From Mytilus californianus (Eukaryota), in contig NW_026262581.1 in the NCBI RefSeq assembly GCF_021869535.1, positions 97,588,001 through 97,652,000 of the forward strand: DNA of 64,000 nt, given 5' to 3'. Made by a program: the position numbers and the translations under genes. Position 1 is the stretch's first letter. Each line of letters begins with the position of its first letter. Below the pieces are notes generated by a model that ran no database searches, was not told the DNA's origin, and worked only from the letters and a program-made list of their open reading frames with translations. Below, piece by piece: positions 1 through 14,900 of this stretch.

Positions 1-2980
1 CTTCCACCATGGGACTCGTAGTCTCCGAGGTAAGTATTGTTTGTCCACAGGTACACAGCAATCCTCCCTCCTGCTCCACCTCCACCAGAACCTCCAGAAT
101 ATTGACTGCCACCATTTACAGCAATAGTTCCTAGACCTCTAAAAACTCTGCAGTAAATCCAAACACTGCCACCAGAGCCACCACCACCACTTGCTGCCCT
201 AGCATCACCACCATTAGCACTCAAACGTCCATCAATCTCTATCATATTGGTGGCATTTAGCCACAGCATGCCACCACCTTGGCCACCATCTCCACCACCA
301 GCACTACCATGTATAAATGGCTGATATAGATGTCCATATGGTTGTCCAGTCAGTGTTGTTCCTGCACCTCGACCACTTGTACCACCATGACCAGCTCCAG
401 ATGATCCTGAAGTGTGAGTTATTCCTTTACCGATGTTTATGTCTTCTGCTTGTGTATCAGTAGATCTATATCCCAAACTGTCTCCATGTAATGCACCCCC
501 ATCGTCTATAGTGATATTAATTGCCTGAATTGAAGCATTAGTGGCAACAAATGAGCCTCCTCCTTCAACATACATGCTGAAATTAACAAGGAAATTAATT
601 CCAGATTCTGTCACAGGATCAGTCAAAGATGTGATGGTGGCATTTTCTTGAACTCTGACCCAGTTAAACTGGAAATGATCTGCATCTAAATCTTTAGTAA
701 ACCCTCCACTTTCCAATGACAGGAGTCCATTGTGATGTAAGGTTATGTTCTCTATATTGGCAAGTTCTCCATGCATCCAGATACTGACACCATGTACAAT
801 TGTCATAGGAGCTAAACCTAAGTAAGACCCAGCATATGCCCTGACACTGAATGGCAGATCAATTTCTTCTCTTTTAAGATCCATAATTTGGTTGTTGCCT
901 AAATGAACAGTTCCAGATCGGTCCCCTATCATGTACAAGAAAAAGACATCAACTTCATGATCAAGTGGTTCAGGCAAGAAAGCCAAATGGGCTGCCCCAT
1001 ACATTTGGAATTCATTAAAGTGATATTTGTAGCCACCTCCTGCAAAGAAATGATTACCAGAGATGGGTAAAATCCATGTTCTACAACTATCAGAAGACAA
1101 ATCAGAATAATCATCAATAACATTGAATTTGTCCTTTGGCTGGTGACCTCCATTGTCAATAATCAGAGTTTTATGATCCTCAAGCATGTGATAGACAAAC
1201 ACTGTACCAGCGCCACCATTTTCAGCAGAGGACCCACCCTTGCCTCCAATAGCCTGGAATCTGAAAGATGTCATAGTTTCATTTCTGTTGAAATAGACTG
1301 CCACTCTGCCACCAGCTCCACCACCACCTTTTACATGTGTGGCATTTCCACCATGAGCAGTTATTTTACCATAACCTTTAATAAGTTCACAGAACATCCA
1401 GACACTACCTCCACTTCCTCCAGCAGTGCCATCACCACCTTCAGAGTTGACCTCTCCATCAATATGTACTGTATGTGTCACATTCATCCAAATGACACCT
1501 CCTCCTGAACCTCCAGACCCAGCAGAACTTCCTAATTTAATTGGTTCATAGATATTACCATAGGCAAACCCTGCCCTCTGAGAGTTATATCCTTCACCAC
1601 CACTCCCACCATGGCCCCCACCACCATAGGTACTAAGGGCCTTTCCAGGGTTGACATGTCCATGAACTGAAGTACTAAAGTGTGTGGTATTACTATGTGA
1701 TGGTATATAACCTTTCCCTTCTGTTGTAATGAAACCTCCAGCATCAACAGTGACATTTGCCACATTATATGTCATATGAGTTCCATGTATTATTCCACCA
1801 CCTTCAACAGTTACAGCTTTCAGATGGAAGTAAATTCCAATGTCTGTCACTGCATCTGTTGTGCAATCAATCTTTCCTTCATCTTGGACTAGAATGTAAT
1901 CAAATGTATAGTGACTGTGAGGGTTTCCCTGTGTTCTACCACCATTTTGTAACCATAAATATCCACCATGGTGAATAGTTATGTTTTCGATATTTGCTAA
2001 AACACCTGCCAAATGTATTTCAACTCCATGGACATATGTCATGGGTGCAAGGCCTAGAAATCCATCAAAATAGACGTAGCAATTAAATGGCAAGTCTATT
2101 TCTTCCCTAATTAAATCCATCACTTGTTTGTCTGCAACATGTACTGTGCCACTCCTGTCACCAATCATATATTTGAAATCAATAGTAACATTAATATTGC
2201 TAACAGATCCAGACACTGCGGCATCAATCACACTAATTTCAGAAGGATTCAACACAGCAAGGTGGCCATTGCCATATATTTGAATTTCCTCAAACTTGAA
2301 GATATAAGCACCGGCTGCAAAATCATGTATACCAGACTGTGGCAGAATCCAGGCACGTCCACCATCCTTTGTTACATCATTCCAGTTGACATACTGATTT
2401 AATGGTTCAGGAGCCCCATTGTTGTCAATAATCAAAGTTCTGTGGTCCTCAATAGTGTGATACAAGTAGACAGTCCCTGGTCCTCCAACCTCAGCATTCT
2501 CTAACCCTGGCCACCCACCATTGGCGAGATATCGGAACTCGCTGAATGTATCATTTTTCTTAAAGTACATTGCAATCCTTCCACCAGCTCCACCACCTGC
2601 TCCGTAAGATGTTGATGGATAAGTTGTGTGGCCATTGCCATCAGTACCAGTGTGCCTATAGGTGCCCAGAGTCCCATTTCCACCACGTGCCAGTATTGTT
2701 CCATACCCAGTTATCCTGTGGCAATGGAGCCATATACTCCCTCCACTACCACCACCCGAAGGGTAGTCTATTACCCAACCAGTGCTTGCTATTGAATTGT
2801 AATTGTATTTAGTCTGTCCATTCTCTCCACTGGCTGTGAGAGTTCCATCAATCATTATAGTATTAGTAACATTTAACCATAGTCTACCACCGCCAGCTCC
2901 ACCAATACGGCCTCCACCAGAACTGCCAAATAATGTGGGTTCATATAAATCTCCATAGGGTTCTCCTCCTTCATTATTAT
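1..2980 (-). CDS. Exon 27: at least 2980 bp, about 993 aa, two full repeat units plus a further Gly block; runs off the window
   Basis: AG at 2982-2981. One reading frame (codon starts at positions 2 mod 3) holds from NNEGGEPYGDLYEP to ...DYESHGG at position 4. It is absent from the ORF track, probably because it has no stop codon in the window. Confidence 0.92.
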
Positions 2981-5900
2981 CTAAAAAAAAATCAATTAAA
3001 AGGTCTGATCATCTTTTCAAAAGTTTGATTTTTCTTTGAATATACTAAATATTAGGAAAATATAGTAAATTTCAACATTTAGAATTTATGAACTGAAATG
3101 ATTTTAGATGGATAAAGGAAAGTATAAAAATGTTGAGAAAAATCTAGATGTGATGAAGCAAAACACTAATGGCCCATCTGCTGCCTAATTTCATTATTAA
3201 CAGTTCCTTAAAAAATAATACAAGCCATATTTTTAGAGAAATTGAAATATTTATATTCTTTTTATAAGTTTTGTTAAACTTTTATAACCTTTAGTCAGGA
3301 GACACTCTATTTCATAATCTTTTTTCAAGCTATCTGAGAGAAATCTCTAAAAATTATTGATAACATGACTTCAGTCCCCAAAGTTCATTTTTAAGTATCT
3401 ACTGAGTGTTCAGTAAACATACAATATCCTCTTCCTCCACTTCCTCCATGGCCAGCTCCTGATGCACCAAGGTTACCAGTCAGACCCAGTCCAGGATTGA
3501 TGACACCATGTAATCCCTTCCTTGGATTTCCAGAAGAATCTGTTCTCTGTCCGTCTGCTTGTTCATAACCCAATCCATCACTGGTGAGAGTACCACCTGA
3601 ATCAATTGTAATGTTTTCTGAGTGAAAATAGACATAAGTTCCACGTACCAATCCACCACCATCAATATTAAGGGCAACTGTGGAAAAAGATATGCTGGGT
3701 TCAGAAACTGGATCACTGATCATGTGAAGATATCCTGCATTTTTAACATGTACAAACTGAAAACTGTAGGTACTAGCATCCAGTCCTTTAGTTCGTCCAT
3801 CAATATTCAACCAGAGTTTTCCTTCATGATGTAAGGTCAGGTTTTCAACATTGGCCAAAGTTCCATTTAAGAAGATATCCACACCATGTATGAAAGTGTC
3901 TGGAGCCAAACCAAGGTAACCACCATCATATACATGGACACTGAACGGGAGATCTATTTTCTGTCTCTCCAGATCCATTACTTGTCCTTTTCCTATATGT
4001 ATGGCTCCAGATCTATCTCCAATCATGTTCTCAAAATAAATTGTAGCATCACTTTCTACTGGATCTGTTAGTACTGCTAACTGAGCCTTTCCATAAATCT
4101 GAAGCTCATCAAAATGGTACTTAGAGTTTGACCCTGCAAGATAAAGACATAAAATTTTCAAAAAGAAAAGAAACTAAATACTGACAAGTCTTTCACATTT
4201 TTGTGAGAGGCACAGAAAATGATTCATACAAAGCAATTCATGTTCATGGGTTGTCAATTCTTATAAATTTTGACACAAGCAATTAATTCAGGATGCATTC
4301 TCAATAAATATAAGTTATGTTAAATCCAAGCACTATGTTTGCAAATTACATCAATTTTTGTTAAAATCCTAGCATAAAAAGATGATTCTACAAATTTTTG
4401 TAAATTTTTTTTTAAATGCAAGTTAGGTTATAATATTTCTTTTAATATTTGGTACCTTCAATCACATTGAAATAACATAGTGCATATATATAGATTTGTT
4501 AAAAGCCTAGCATAAGAAGACATTTCTCAAAATTCATGATTTTTAAACAGAAAAAAGTTTTTACCTCAATCAAAAAAAAAATTCAACACCTGGAATCAAT
4601 TCAGAAAAGCTTATCATATCTATATATCAATTTTCATTGAAATTATAGCACAAAAATATGTTTCTCAAAATTTATGAATTTTTAACAAAAAAGGTTTTTA
4701 ACTCATTTGTTTTAAATATTTGACACCAGGAATCAATTTGGAATAGATTTTTATATCTATATATCATTTTTCATTGATATCCTAGCACAAAAAGATGTTT
4801 CTTAAAATTTGTGTATATCTAACAAAAACTAAATTTTTAAAGGTAAAATTCACCCCCAAATAATTACAAAAATGTGGGAATCAATTTTGTACAGAATATC
4901 ATAATGTATATGTTAATTTTTGTTAAATTCAAGTACAAAAAGAAGTTTCGCAAAATTTTTGATGTTTTAACAAAAACTAAGTTTTTTACCACATTTTCTT
5001 GTACAATATTCACAAAAAAAGGAGCCTTTCTTTTATAGGTATTAATACTGTGCATACAAATTTTGAAAACTGGTTGAGGCAATGTTGACTTATCATAAAG
5101 TTTAATATAATTTAACTGTCTGAAATCAAGGGATTAAGAGCTTGATACATTCAATAGAATTTTTTCTATTCTTGAAGACAATGTGTAAATCTCTAGATGT
5201 CTTCATGGTTGTTTTGTTTTGCTTGGTAGGTGTTACTTTACATATATCCCATAACTCCTTTTACTGAAAATCATTCCATACCTTAAAATGTATAAAAAAG
5301 AAAATGTAAAGCTAAACGTATGACTTTTTCTAGTATAAACGCAAGTTGTCTTGCGGTAAAAAGGTCTTCTAGTAGTATAATTTAACCCCAACCCCCACCC
5401 CCCTCCCCCCCCCATAAAAAAAAAACAACATTACATACTTAAGTTTTTACATTACATACCTGCAAATGTATGTTTGCCATGTTCAGGTAAGAACCATGCT
5501 TTAAGCTGATCAGAATCAAGGTTCAAATAATCCTCTATTGTATTTGTATCACCATCTGGTCCCCTGTTTAAATTGTTCAGCAATAGGGTTGTGTGATCAT
5601 ATACTGTCAATAAAGCAGTAAAAAATTATTTTGAGCAGAAATAACCTTCCATAATAAAATGATATATTATCATTAACTATTTTTGAAACAGTTTAATTTT
5701 TTTTTCAAATCCTGTAAATTCAGAAATTGTTGCAATGTTTTTATTTTATAATGCAAAAAATATGACAGTTTCAAGTTTGCAATAATAAAAACTTGAATAC
5801 ATAATTTCAGTAATGATTTTCCGCCATAAAATTTTTGCATTAATTAAATTTCACATTTTTGCCAGTGGTCATTGCAATAATAAATGCAGACATTAATTTC

Positions 5901-8900
5901 TGAATTAACAGTATTGGCATTAGACTCTTAATTTTACTGAATTTTTTGTAATTTTCAAAGAAGAAGAAATATCTACAAGAAGACATAATACCCCACCACA
6001 CTTTCACATTTCCATGTTCAGTGAACTGTGAAATAGGGGATCAAAGTTGATGTGACCAAAACTTCATAGGAATCTACATTAACCTTAAACTTTAATATAT
6101 ACAGGGTGAAGTAATGGACAAGTGGACTAATAGACAGACAGACAAATGGACGAACAATCAAACAGACACACTTACCTGAAAACATTTCCCCCCCCCTCAC
6201 TTCTATTGTAGGCTGAAAAATATTCTATATAAAATAATTCTCATGTTTGTGTCTAGTTGAAAATATTTCAGACATAAGAAGACTGACTACTAGTTGGCAA
6301 TGGATTAATTGGTATTAAAGCTACCAAACAAGGTAAAGCGGCAGACAATTTTATTTCTACTGAAATAAAGGGTCAGAAATTTAACCTTACATCAGATCAT
6401 CTATTGATTATTATCAAACTGCTGCGCAAGTTCATTAAGAATCGTCATCTCCAAACACATGCCTAGGATTCACATTCCTAATCAGGCTAAAAATGACTGT
6501 ACTGTCCGATAAAGGAAGTCATAATAACATTTTTCTTTACCATAACCATCCTTAAGGTTAAAAAATACTTATTTCTTATAAATTAATTTTAATATACCTT
6601 TATGATGGAAGAAGGATGTTCCAGGACTACCATTATTTTGTCCCAGACCACCATAGGTATCAAACTGTCCAGTGAAAGTCTTGTTCTGTGAGAATTCCAT
6701 AGATATCCTGCCTCCAGATCCAGCCCCTCCATTGCCATTGCCATTACCTCCAATAGATTGGAACTCTCCATAACCCTGGTAGTAAAATAAATAATAATTC
6801 ATACTCGTATAGAATACTTTTAATTATTACCACTACTAGTGAACAGTTTAATTAGGAAGGTGATTTAATATAGATCAGCAACTACAATCGTGGATTGTTT
6901 TATCTTTGTTTACCAGCATGGTAATACCAATTACAATAGACATTTGTCTTCTTTAAGGTAGATGGGGGGCGGGCAGGGTCTAAGTTAAAATAGATATATT
7001 TTATTAAATCATTTGCCAAAATGTAGTTTTTATCTTGCTTTTTTTTTTTAAATATAATAACAAGTATGGGTCACTGGGCTTTTTTATTGAGCTACAGTTT
7101 GTGCAAAATTGTCAGATTCTGTATATATTATAAATGGAAAAAACATTTTTGTTTTGATAGAAAACTAAATATAGAATTTGAAGACAAAGTATGAGAAGAT
7201 AGCTCTTTTAATGTGCTTCCAGAAAATAAAAAAATATATATTTGGGTCAAAAGACTTGTTTTCTTGCTACAAAACAAAACAGGTTAATTCATAACACATT
7301 CCTTTATAAAATTAACATTATCTGAGTTATCTCCCCTTATTTGGCAAAGTTTAGATGAAAAGGAAAATAGTCTAACCTTAATGTTATTGATGTCAATATT
7401 GATGGAGCCACCACTGCCACCACCAGCATTACTTGATCTTCCATTCTCCCCGTTAACACTAATCTGTCCATCATTTTGTAATGTAGTAGTCACTTTCAGA
7501 GTGATAACTCCTCCTCCTCTGCCTCCTGTGTTGGAATTACCATTATCTCCTCCTTTACAACCTCTGTCTACAGCATCAAATACCTGTCCATAAGGGGCAC
7601 CTGTTTGAAACTGTCCTGAGCCACGTCCACCTCTACCTCCATGTCCAGCACCTGTTGATTATAGAAATGTGTAAGGTAAACTACTTGATATTCTTATGGA
7701 CTGATATAAAAAGAAAAAAAAGGTTTTAGTTTCCTGAAGAAATGGGACAATTGAAAACAAAAGTAAGGTCCCAAAAAGAAAGGGGTATTTTAAATTTATG
7801 GAAATACTCTTTTGTTAGTTTTAATGAATTTTGTATTACTGTGGATTCATTATTATTAGTCTGAGAACAATGTTCATTGATTTCATGGGCACAGGATAAC
7901 TACAATTTAAATGTTCAAAAAGTACAAATTTTCAATTGGCTTGTGTGCAGACTTATGTAAAACCACAAATTAAATCAATTAATCCACGAATAAACAATTT
8001 TTCTTTAATCCATGAAAGTTGGTACCCCACAAAAATAAATGAATCCACAGTAGTCTATAATTGAATGACTACATTTTATTCAAAGTTCCATTATTCATGA
8101 AATGAGTATGTCTTTAATCATTTTCTATGCATCACCAAATGGTTTTACCTGAACCTCCAGTGGAGGAACTATAACCATCTCCTTTGCTACAGGCCACATT
8201 ATGTACATCTCCAATGATCTGTCCCAGGTCATCTACAATCAGAGTATCAGCTGTAATATCCACATGCACTGCATGGACATGGCCTCCTCCTTGCACCCAT
8301 AGTTTATTAGCCTAAAATATACAAATTTTAAGGTTAGATAACAAGATGCCTGATATCAACATAGACTGCATGGATATGACCTCCTCAGTTTACTGTTGTA
8401 ATTTTTTTTTATAAAAGAAATACCAGGCATGATGTTTAGTTACTGTTATTGGCAAGGTAAATGTGTATGCTATGTCTAAACTATTTGTAATGCCATTACA
8501 ACTAATGGTCGAAAATGTCTTCAAAATATTACTTCCAACTACTTGTGCTTGCTATAAAACAAATATACCTCCATTGTTTATAATGTTTTGGCTTAGTTGT
8601 GCAAATATGCTGCAGTCTTTCCCTACTCACTGTTAAAACTATCCTATATTATTTTTTGTGTTTATCAACTCTCTCCTTCACTCTCTACCTCTACTACTAC
8701 ATGTACTTGTCTGCTCACTGTAATAGTCATGCTACTTCAGTATCAATACTTCTTTTATCAGTAATAGTTCCTGTGTTCCCCTCTGATTCTATACTCACTG
8801 TAATAGCCATGCTACTTGTGCCATCTGTCAAATCATGGGTAACAGTCACTTCACCTCCAGCTTTAACAGTCAGTGTATTAAAGTCAAATATTCCTGTCGG

Positions 8901-11900
8901 ACTGACTGTTGATATACCCTGGGTATTTCCTGTAGAACCAAGGTGAAGGTCACATGCATTTCCAATAGTCATGTCTACAACACCCAGTGAGCCCCTAGAA
9001 TAAAAGGAACCAATTTTTTTAATCTGATGATATAGATTAAGAAATGAACATACTGCATATTAAAGCATTATTTTCTGTTACAAATATCAATTTTAATCAT
9101 TATTTTTTGCAGATATATCGAAATGAAAAAATTTGACAAAGCATAACTTTTTATCACAGTCAAAAATGCAATTCTGTTTAATTTGCCTAAAACTACATAC
9201 TACATATATATATATACATAATAAAACATCAATCAATAACGTCTGTACATAAAAATGTGATATTCATTTCTGTATAACCAAACAAGTTGTCAATATTTAT
9301 AGTTCAATGCAACATACATCAAAAAATGTTCATCAGTTTTCAATAATGACTCACCAAATGACAAAATCTATGCCATAACAGTCAAATGCAGTTGGCAATA
9401 TGAGGGTACCTCCATGATAGACATATACATTAACCAGAAACTCCAAGTCATCTGGATGTTGTACAACAACTGTCTGACCAGGTCCTACATGCAGTACACC
9501 AGTTTTATCTCCCTCAAACTTCAATGATTTAAGTTGGAAAGGACTGAAACAAAATAATTATTACCATTCTTGTTTATAAGATTCACAATTGCATTCATTG
9601 TTTAGGAGAATGCACAATAACAGTTCATGACTTACCTACCTACCTATGTAAAACATATAAACATTTATAGAAAGAATTAGAAAATAAATGTCTCTATCCA
9701 GTGTTCTTCGGAAGTTCTTAATATGCTGTGCCTTGTATTGTTCTGTGTGTTTGTAACTCTACTATAAAAGAGATTTCTGTTTGGCAACTAATGTCAGTTA
9801 AGGCAGAAAACTTCACCAGTTGATTTATATGATATGACTGTTGCATAAAACTGCCTATCTTGTTTTAAAAACATTTACAGGTTATAGATCAATATGATAA
9901 ATGTTTGCTTTTGTTGATACCAGACACTGTCTTGATCTTGCTATGAGGTTTGGGATCTTTCTGCTGAATATTTTACAGCAAATGTCAAATAAAGAACAGC
10001 AATAAATGCTTTGAACTATTTCAATTTCAATGTTTCCTGATTTTTTTCCTCGCATGTTTATTCCTCTGTAATACCATTTAAAGCATGTTTTATAAGTTGC
10101 ATTTTTTACATGGTTTTTGTGATCAGTTTTAATGCTTCTTGTATTCTAATATACTGATTTATCTGCCGATGACACTTTTCTAGAAGAAACAGATGTTTAA
10201 TAACTTGATATTATCTTGAGGACAACTACTTCTACAAACCATCAAAATATCCTCAGTTAGAAATATTTGTGATGTTTTAATTTATGGAAAGGTAAAAAAA
10301 AAATAGTTCTTTTTTAAAGCATGAGCAGGAATTGCATTAAAAAAATTTTTTTTTTGTCAAAACATCAACAAAAATAAACCCATATGATAGAGTAGACTAA
10401 GAACAAGTTCAGATATGAAATTCTGACTAAGGTACTACACAACTGATAATACCCAACTACTTACTATGTAAGAGAAGGATGTAATGCCAAGTTAGCTTTT
10501 CCCTGGATCCTCAAGTTTTCAAAGTCTTTGGTATTGTTATCAGATATCCATGTTCTACCTGGATCAGCCTCATACCCAGATAGTGTATAAGTTGAGATCT
10601 CACTTTGGATGACAGACTGACCATTGTTATCTAGAATCAATGTCCTGTTTATAACATCTGTTATAGTATCCTGTAATTATTGATAGATGCATTATACATA
10701 TCTCTCAGGAGAAATGTCTACTTATTAAAAATAAAATACCATTCAAAATCAAATATTATATAAAAATTATTAGGTAAACTGAATATAAGGGTAACTAAAT
10801 GTCAACTATCTGTGGTAGAGGCAGGCATTAATATTTCAGGATTATTTTTATTCCTTCAATTTTCTTTCAATAGCTTTCTAAGTTATCATTAACCTGTAGG
10901 TATATAGTTCCAGCCCCTCCTGGACTGGAGCCTGTTAGTCCACCATAAGCTGTCCATTTTCCTTGCCAAAACTGAGTATCTTTATAATAAATCATCATCC
11001 TGCCTCCTCCTCCGGCTCCTAAACTCACACCATTCCCTCCATTTACCTGTCAAAACATCAAAATCTATCATTCAGAATAACCCTACCTTAATTCAGAGTA
11101 TGTTACATTTCAACAAATATAATATCATTGGAAGTACTTTTTATATAGCTAAAAAATGTTATGAAAATACAATTACGAATTAAAAATAATGGCACTGTGT
11201 GTCCAAAACATCTCATAAAGAAGATTTTTATGGAAAGTAAACAAATTAAAACCTCATTTGTTATATAATAATTCTCATGTATTAGGTAACAACAATACGA
11301 GATATCAGCAATATTCTTTAAAATATTTTAAAAGTTTTGAGCTTCACATTTCTTTCACATACAGATTGACAAAATGTTTTCTAGATGTCTCTTTAAAATT
11401 TCTTTCAAGTTTCTCCATGGTTTTTAATTAGTCTGTATAAAAGTTACTTTGACCCTCATCGGGTTTTGAAGGACAACTTGAAGTTAAGATTATCTGCCCA
11501 ATGTGACTGGCATGTTTATCCTACATTAAATAGCCTGTCCAACTTACCTGTAATGTACTTTTTCCCACTATAGAATCAGTGGTTATATAGATACAGCCAC
11601 CACTGCCACCAGCTGCAGTATTGGTAGAACCCGTCAAGACCATCTGATACCTGTACAACTTACCTGTAATGTACCTTTCCCCTCTATAGAATCAGTGGTT
11701 ATATAGATACTGCCACAACTGCCACCAGCTGCAGTATTGGTAGAACCCGTCAAGACCATCTGATACCTGTACAACTTACCTGTAATGTACCTTTCCCCTC
11801 TATAGAATCAGTGGTAATATAGATACAGCCACCACTGCCACCAGCTGCAGTATTGGTAGAACCAGTCCGACCATCTGATTTTAATGTTCCTTCTACAATC

Positions 11901-14900
11901 AGTCTCTGTGTTGTAGTTATCACCATCATTCCTCCTCCTGAATGTATAAAACACTTTCAATACCAAATACAGATTTATTTTCAAAGTAAACTATATCATA
12001 GATATATAAATGGTGACCTGTAATTGTTCACATCTTTGTCCTTTTGGTCTATAGATAATTGGCCATAGATTGTTGTCTTATTGGCAATCATGAAATTAAA
12101 GTTTATAAATGCATACATTATGTATGGGTCCTTAGTTTCTTTTACATTCATTCTACATAGAAGGTTACCAGGAAAGGTCCTTAAACTTCATGATGAATAG
12201 TAAAATCATATAAGAGATATCTCTTATATGATTTACTATTCATCATGAAGTCTCTTATATGATTTTACTATTCATCATGAAGTTTAAGCACCTTTCCTGG
12301 TAACCTCCCATACGTAATGTATGCATTTATAAACTTTAATTTCATGAAAATTTGGCCTCATATTTATCTGTTATAGTAGCTATTGTACATAAAAAAAATT
12401 ACTACCAAAAAAAACTGAATGCTTTTACTGCCAACATTATAGTTATCGGTATATCCAAGAGTTAAAGTAACAATCTGACAATGCCAACACTAATTTTATT
12501 AATTCCTTTTAAATGCATGTTCCCTAGGACTTTTGATCTGATGCTTGATAAATAGAAAAATAATTCTTTTTGGAAGATGCTATAAATTATAAAAGTACCT
12601 GAACCATAGGACTTGCTAGCACCAAAACCACCACTACCAAAATAACATGGTCCATATAATGATCCATATTCCTTTCCAGGTAAAGATCCTGTAAAAAAAA
12701 AAGAAAATTGTTGAATTAAAGTTGAAAAAAAGCTGTCAAGTATGGAAAATATCTTACAAATACAAAACATCAACAGAAAATATTTATTTCTCCAATTGAC
12801 TATTTAATTAACAAATAACCTGAATCTTAAAGCAAAAAAACTAGTTGACACTAGTCACACTATCCAATATTTTAATTTTTTAAACCACTTGATTATTCCG
12901 AGCTATAATCCGACACCCCGAAATTCAGACAGTCCGATAAGCGGTTAGTCTGACAGTCCAATAGCCCGATGGTCCGATAAATTGACAGTCTGTTAATTCC
13001 ACAGTCCAATGTTCCGACACAAAGCCATGCTGCTGCATAGGATATGGATCTCGTCTTCATATAAGCTTATTAGTATACTGTCAAAACGCGAGCAGTGTTT
13101 AAAATTTAAAAAGTGGAATGCGTTGTTATGGGATCCAAATTAAATCCTATACTGTTTGAACAATTAATCTAAGATTCCATTCCTGTTCATCATGTCGTAG
13201 TTGATAATGAGAATGTCTGTTTACATGCATGCACATGCACGCGCATATAACTAATTATGTGGTTGAATGTGAAATGTCACATGTGTTAGATGTATGCTTC
13301 TCATATCTGAGGGGCTAACATCAGATTGATTTACATAGAAGTAATAAATAAATTTTTTATATTTTCTCTTGTTCTTAAAAGAGTAATTAGTTTTGATAAA
13401 ATAGGAACAGTGTCATTATCTCAAATTTTCCAGATGCAGTAAGACTTTCAGAAGATGTTTCATAGTTATGGATTTGGAATGAAATCTTAATAAATTGCGT
13501 CTATTTTTCTGTCATCAAAATGATACCTTATCACTGCTTTTGTATGGCAATATAAATCGCTGTACTATCTTGTCTTTTTCTGGTTTAATTGCCAAAACCT
13601 GAACTTTTTGCTGATAAATGATAACACTTCTATGTAAATTATAATATGAACCTAAGCATTCCTAGTCATAGAATCATCACGACATAACACCAATTATGTG
13701 AAAAAGAACGGAACGAAGATGGCCAATGACTTGAAGACAGTACTTATTCACACTTAGCAGACAAAGCAGATAGTAGTTAAGACCGATGGCTGCAGTGCTG
13801 AAGGTCCCTGGTTGGATTCTGACTCTGGGCGCGAGACATTTCATTAATCAGAAGGGTGAATTTCACTCTCCCTCTCACATCTCTGGTGCCCCCAACTTTA
13901 ACCTTGAAATCAATCTGTTCCCGCCGAGCAGCTCCGTGGTTCTATATGAATACTTCAGCTTCTTCCACCATAATAACAGACTTCCTGATGTCCTAGCGCT
14001 CCCTTTGTGTTGAGGTGGGGATTGCCCTTGTACATATTGTTGTAAATACGTTCTTGACACATCTCCATTAATCCAGATAGGGAGTGTAATCGGATTCCAC
14101 TGTACCCTCACAGCTTTTGAGGGGTGCTCCCAATAATGAAAGGACTCTACCAGTATATATATACACTACCACAAGCTCCAACTGTATTATCCTCAATGCG
14201 AAGTGAACCCTCTTTTTCCTCATAAGCAAACAGCTCTAGATTGTCCCAACAACATAAGAGAGCAATCAAATCAAATGGTTTGACTTTAAATGTACAAGCA
14301 TATACTAATATATAATATGCGATGGGTTAAATTAGTTCGCTTGGACCCAAATCAGCCCTATGTGTAGGGTCATACTTAAAAGAGTCTGTAGAAGTCTGTT
14401 GGCCTAAATTTCGTTTAAATGTGTTATTAACAATAAAATATTTAAAATGAGTTATATTATTAATATGAATCTTTCTAAGTCATTATTAACGGTAAAAGTA
14501 GATTTATAATAACTATAATCACTGAACATTGGACTTCCTGATCTCCGGTAATGGCAACCTTAGTGTTTGGTACAGTTTTGTTGCTTAAAACAAGTATTTC
14601 ACATATAAATATATATGTGTTTTTATGATATTTTAGTGTTAAAAGTCAACTTAGAAATTTAAATATAAAACACCCAACTTCTTAAAACACTAAAATATCA
14701 TAAAAACTAGAGGCTCTCAAGAGCCTGTGTCGCTCACTTGATTCTACTTTGGTTTTGGAAATCATGTTAAAATAGATTAAAATCATAACAGATACCCTAA
14801 TAATGAGGCCAAATTTGGTTTAATATTGGCCCTGTAATTTAATAAAAAATCCTGGTGGCCATCTTGAACAGTAAATCAGCAACAAAGTAGCAACACTTCA

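Noticed and set aside
929-3834. Short ORFs overlapping exons 26-27 (e.g. 1143..1508+, 1757..1978+, 2124..2402+, 2570..2812+, 3622..3834+)
   Set aside because: They are antisense or off-frame shadows of the real minus-strand exons; the Thr/Ser/His richness comes from reverse-complemented Gly codons. The same applies to 7381..7593+, 27646..27984+ and 50511..50819+.
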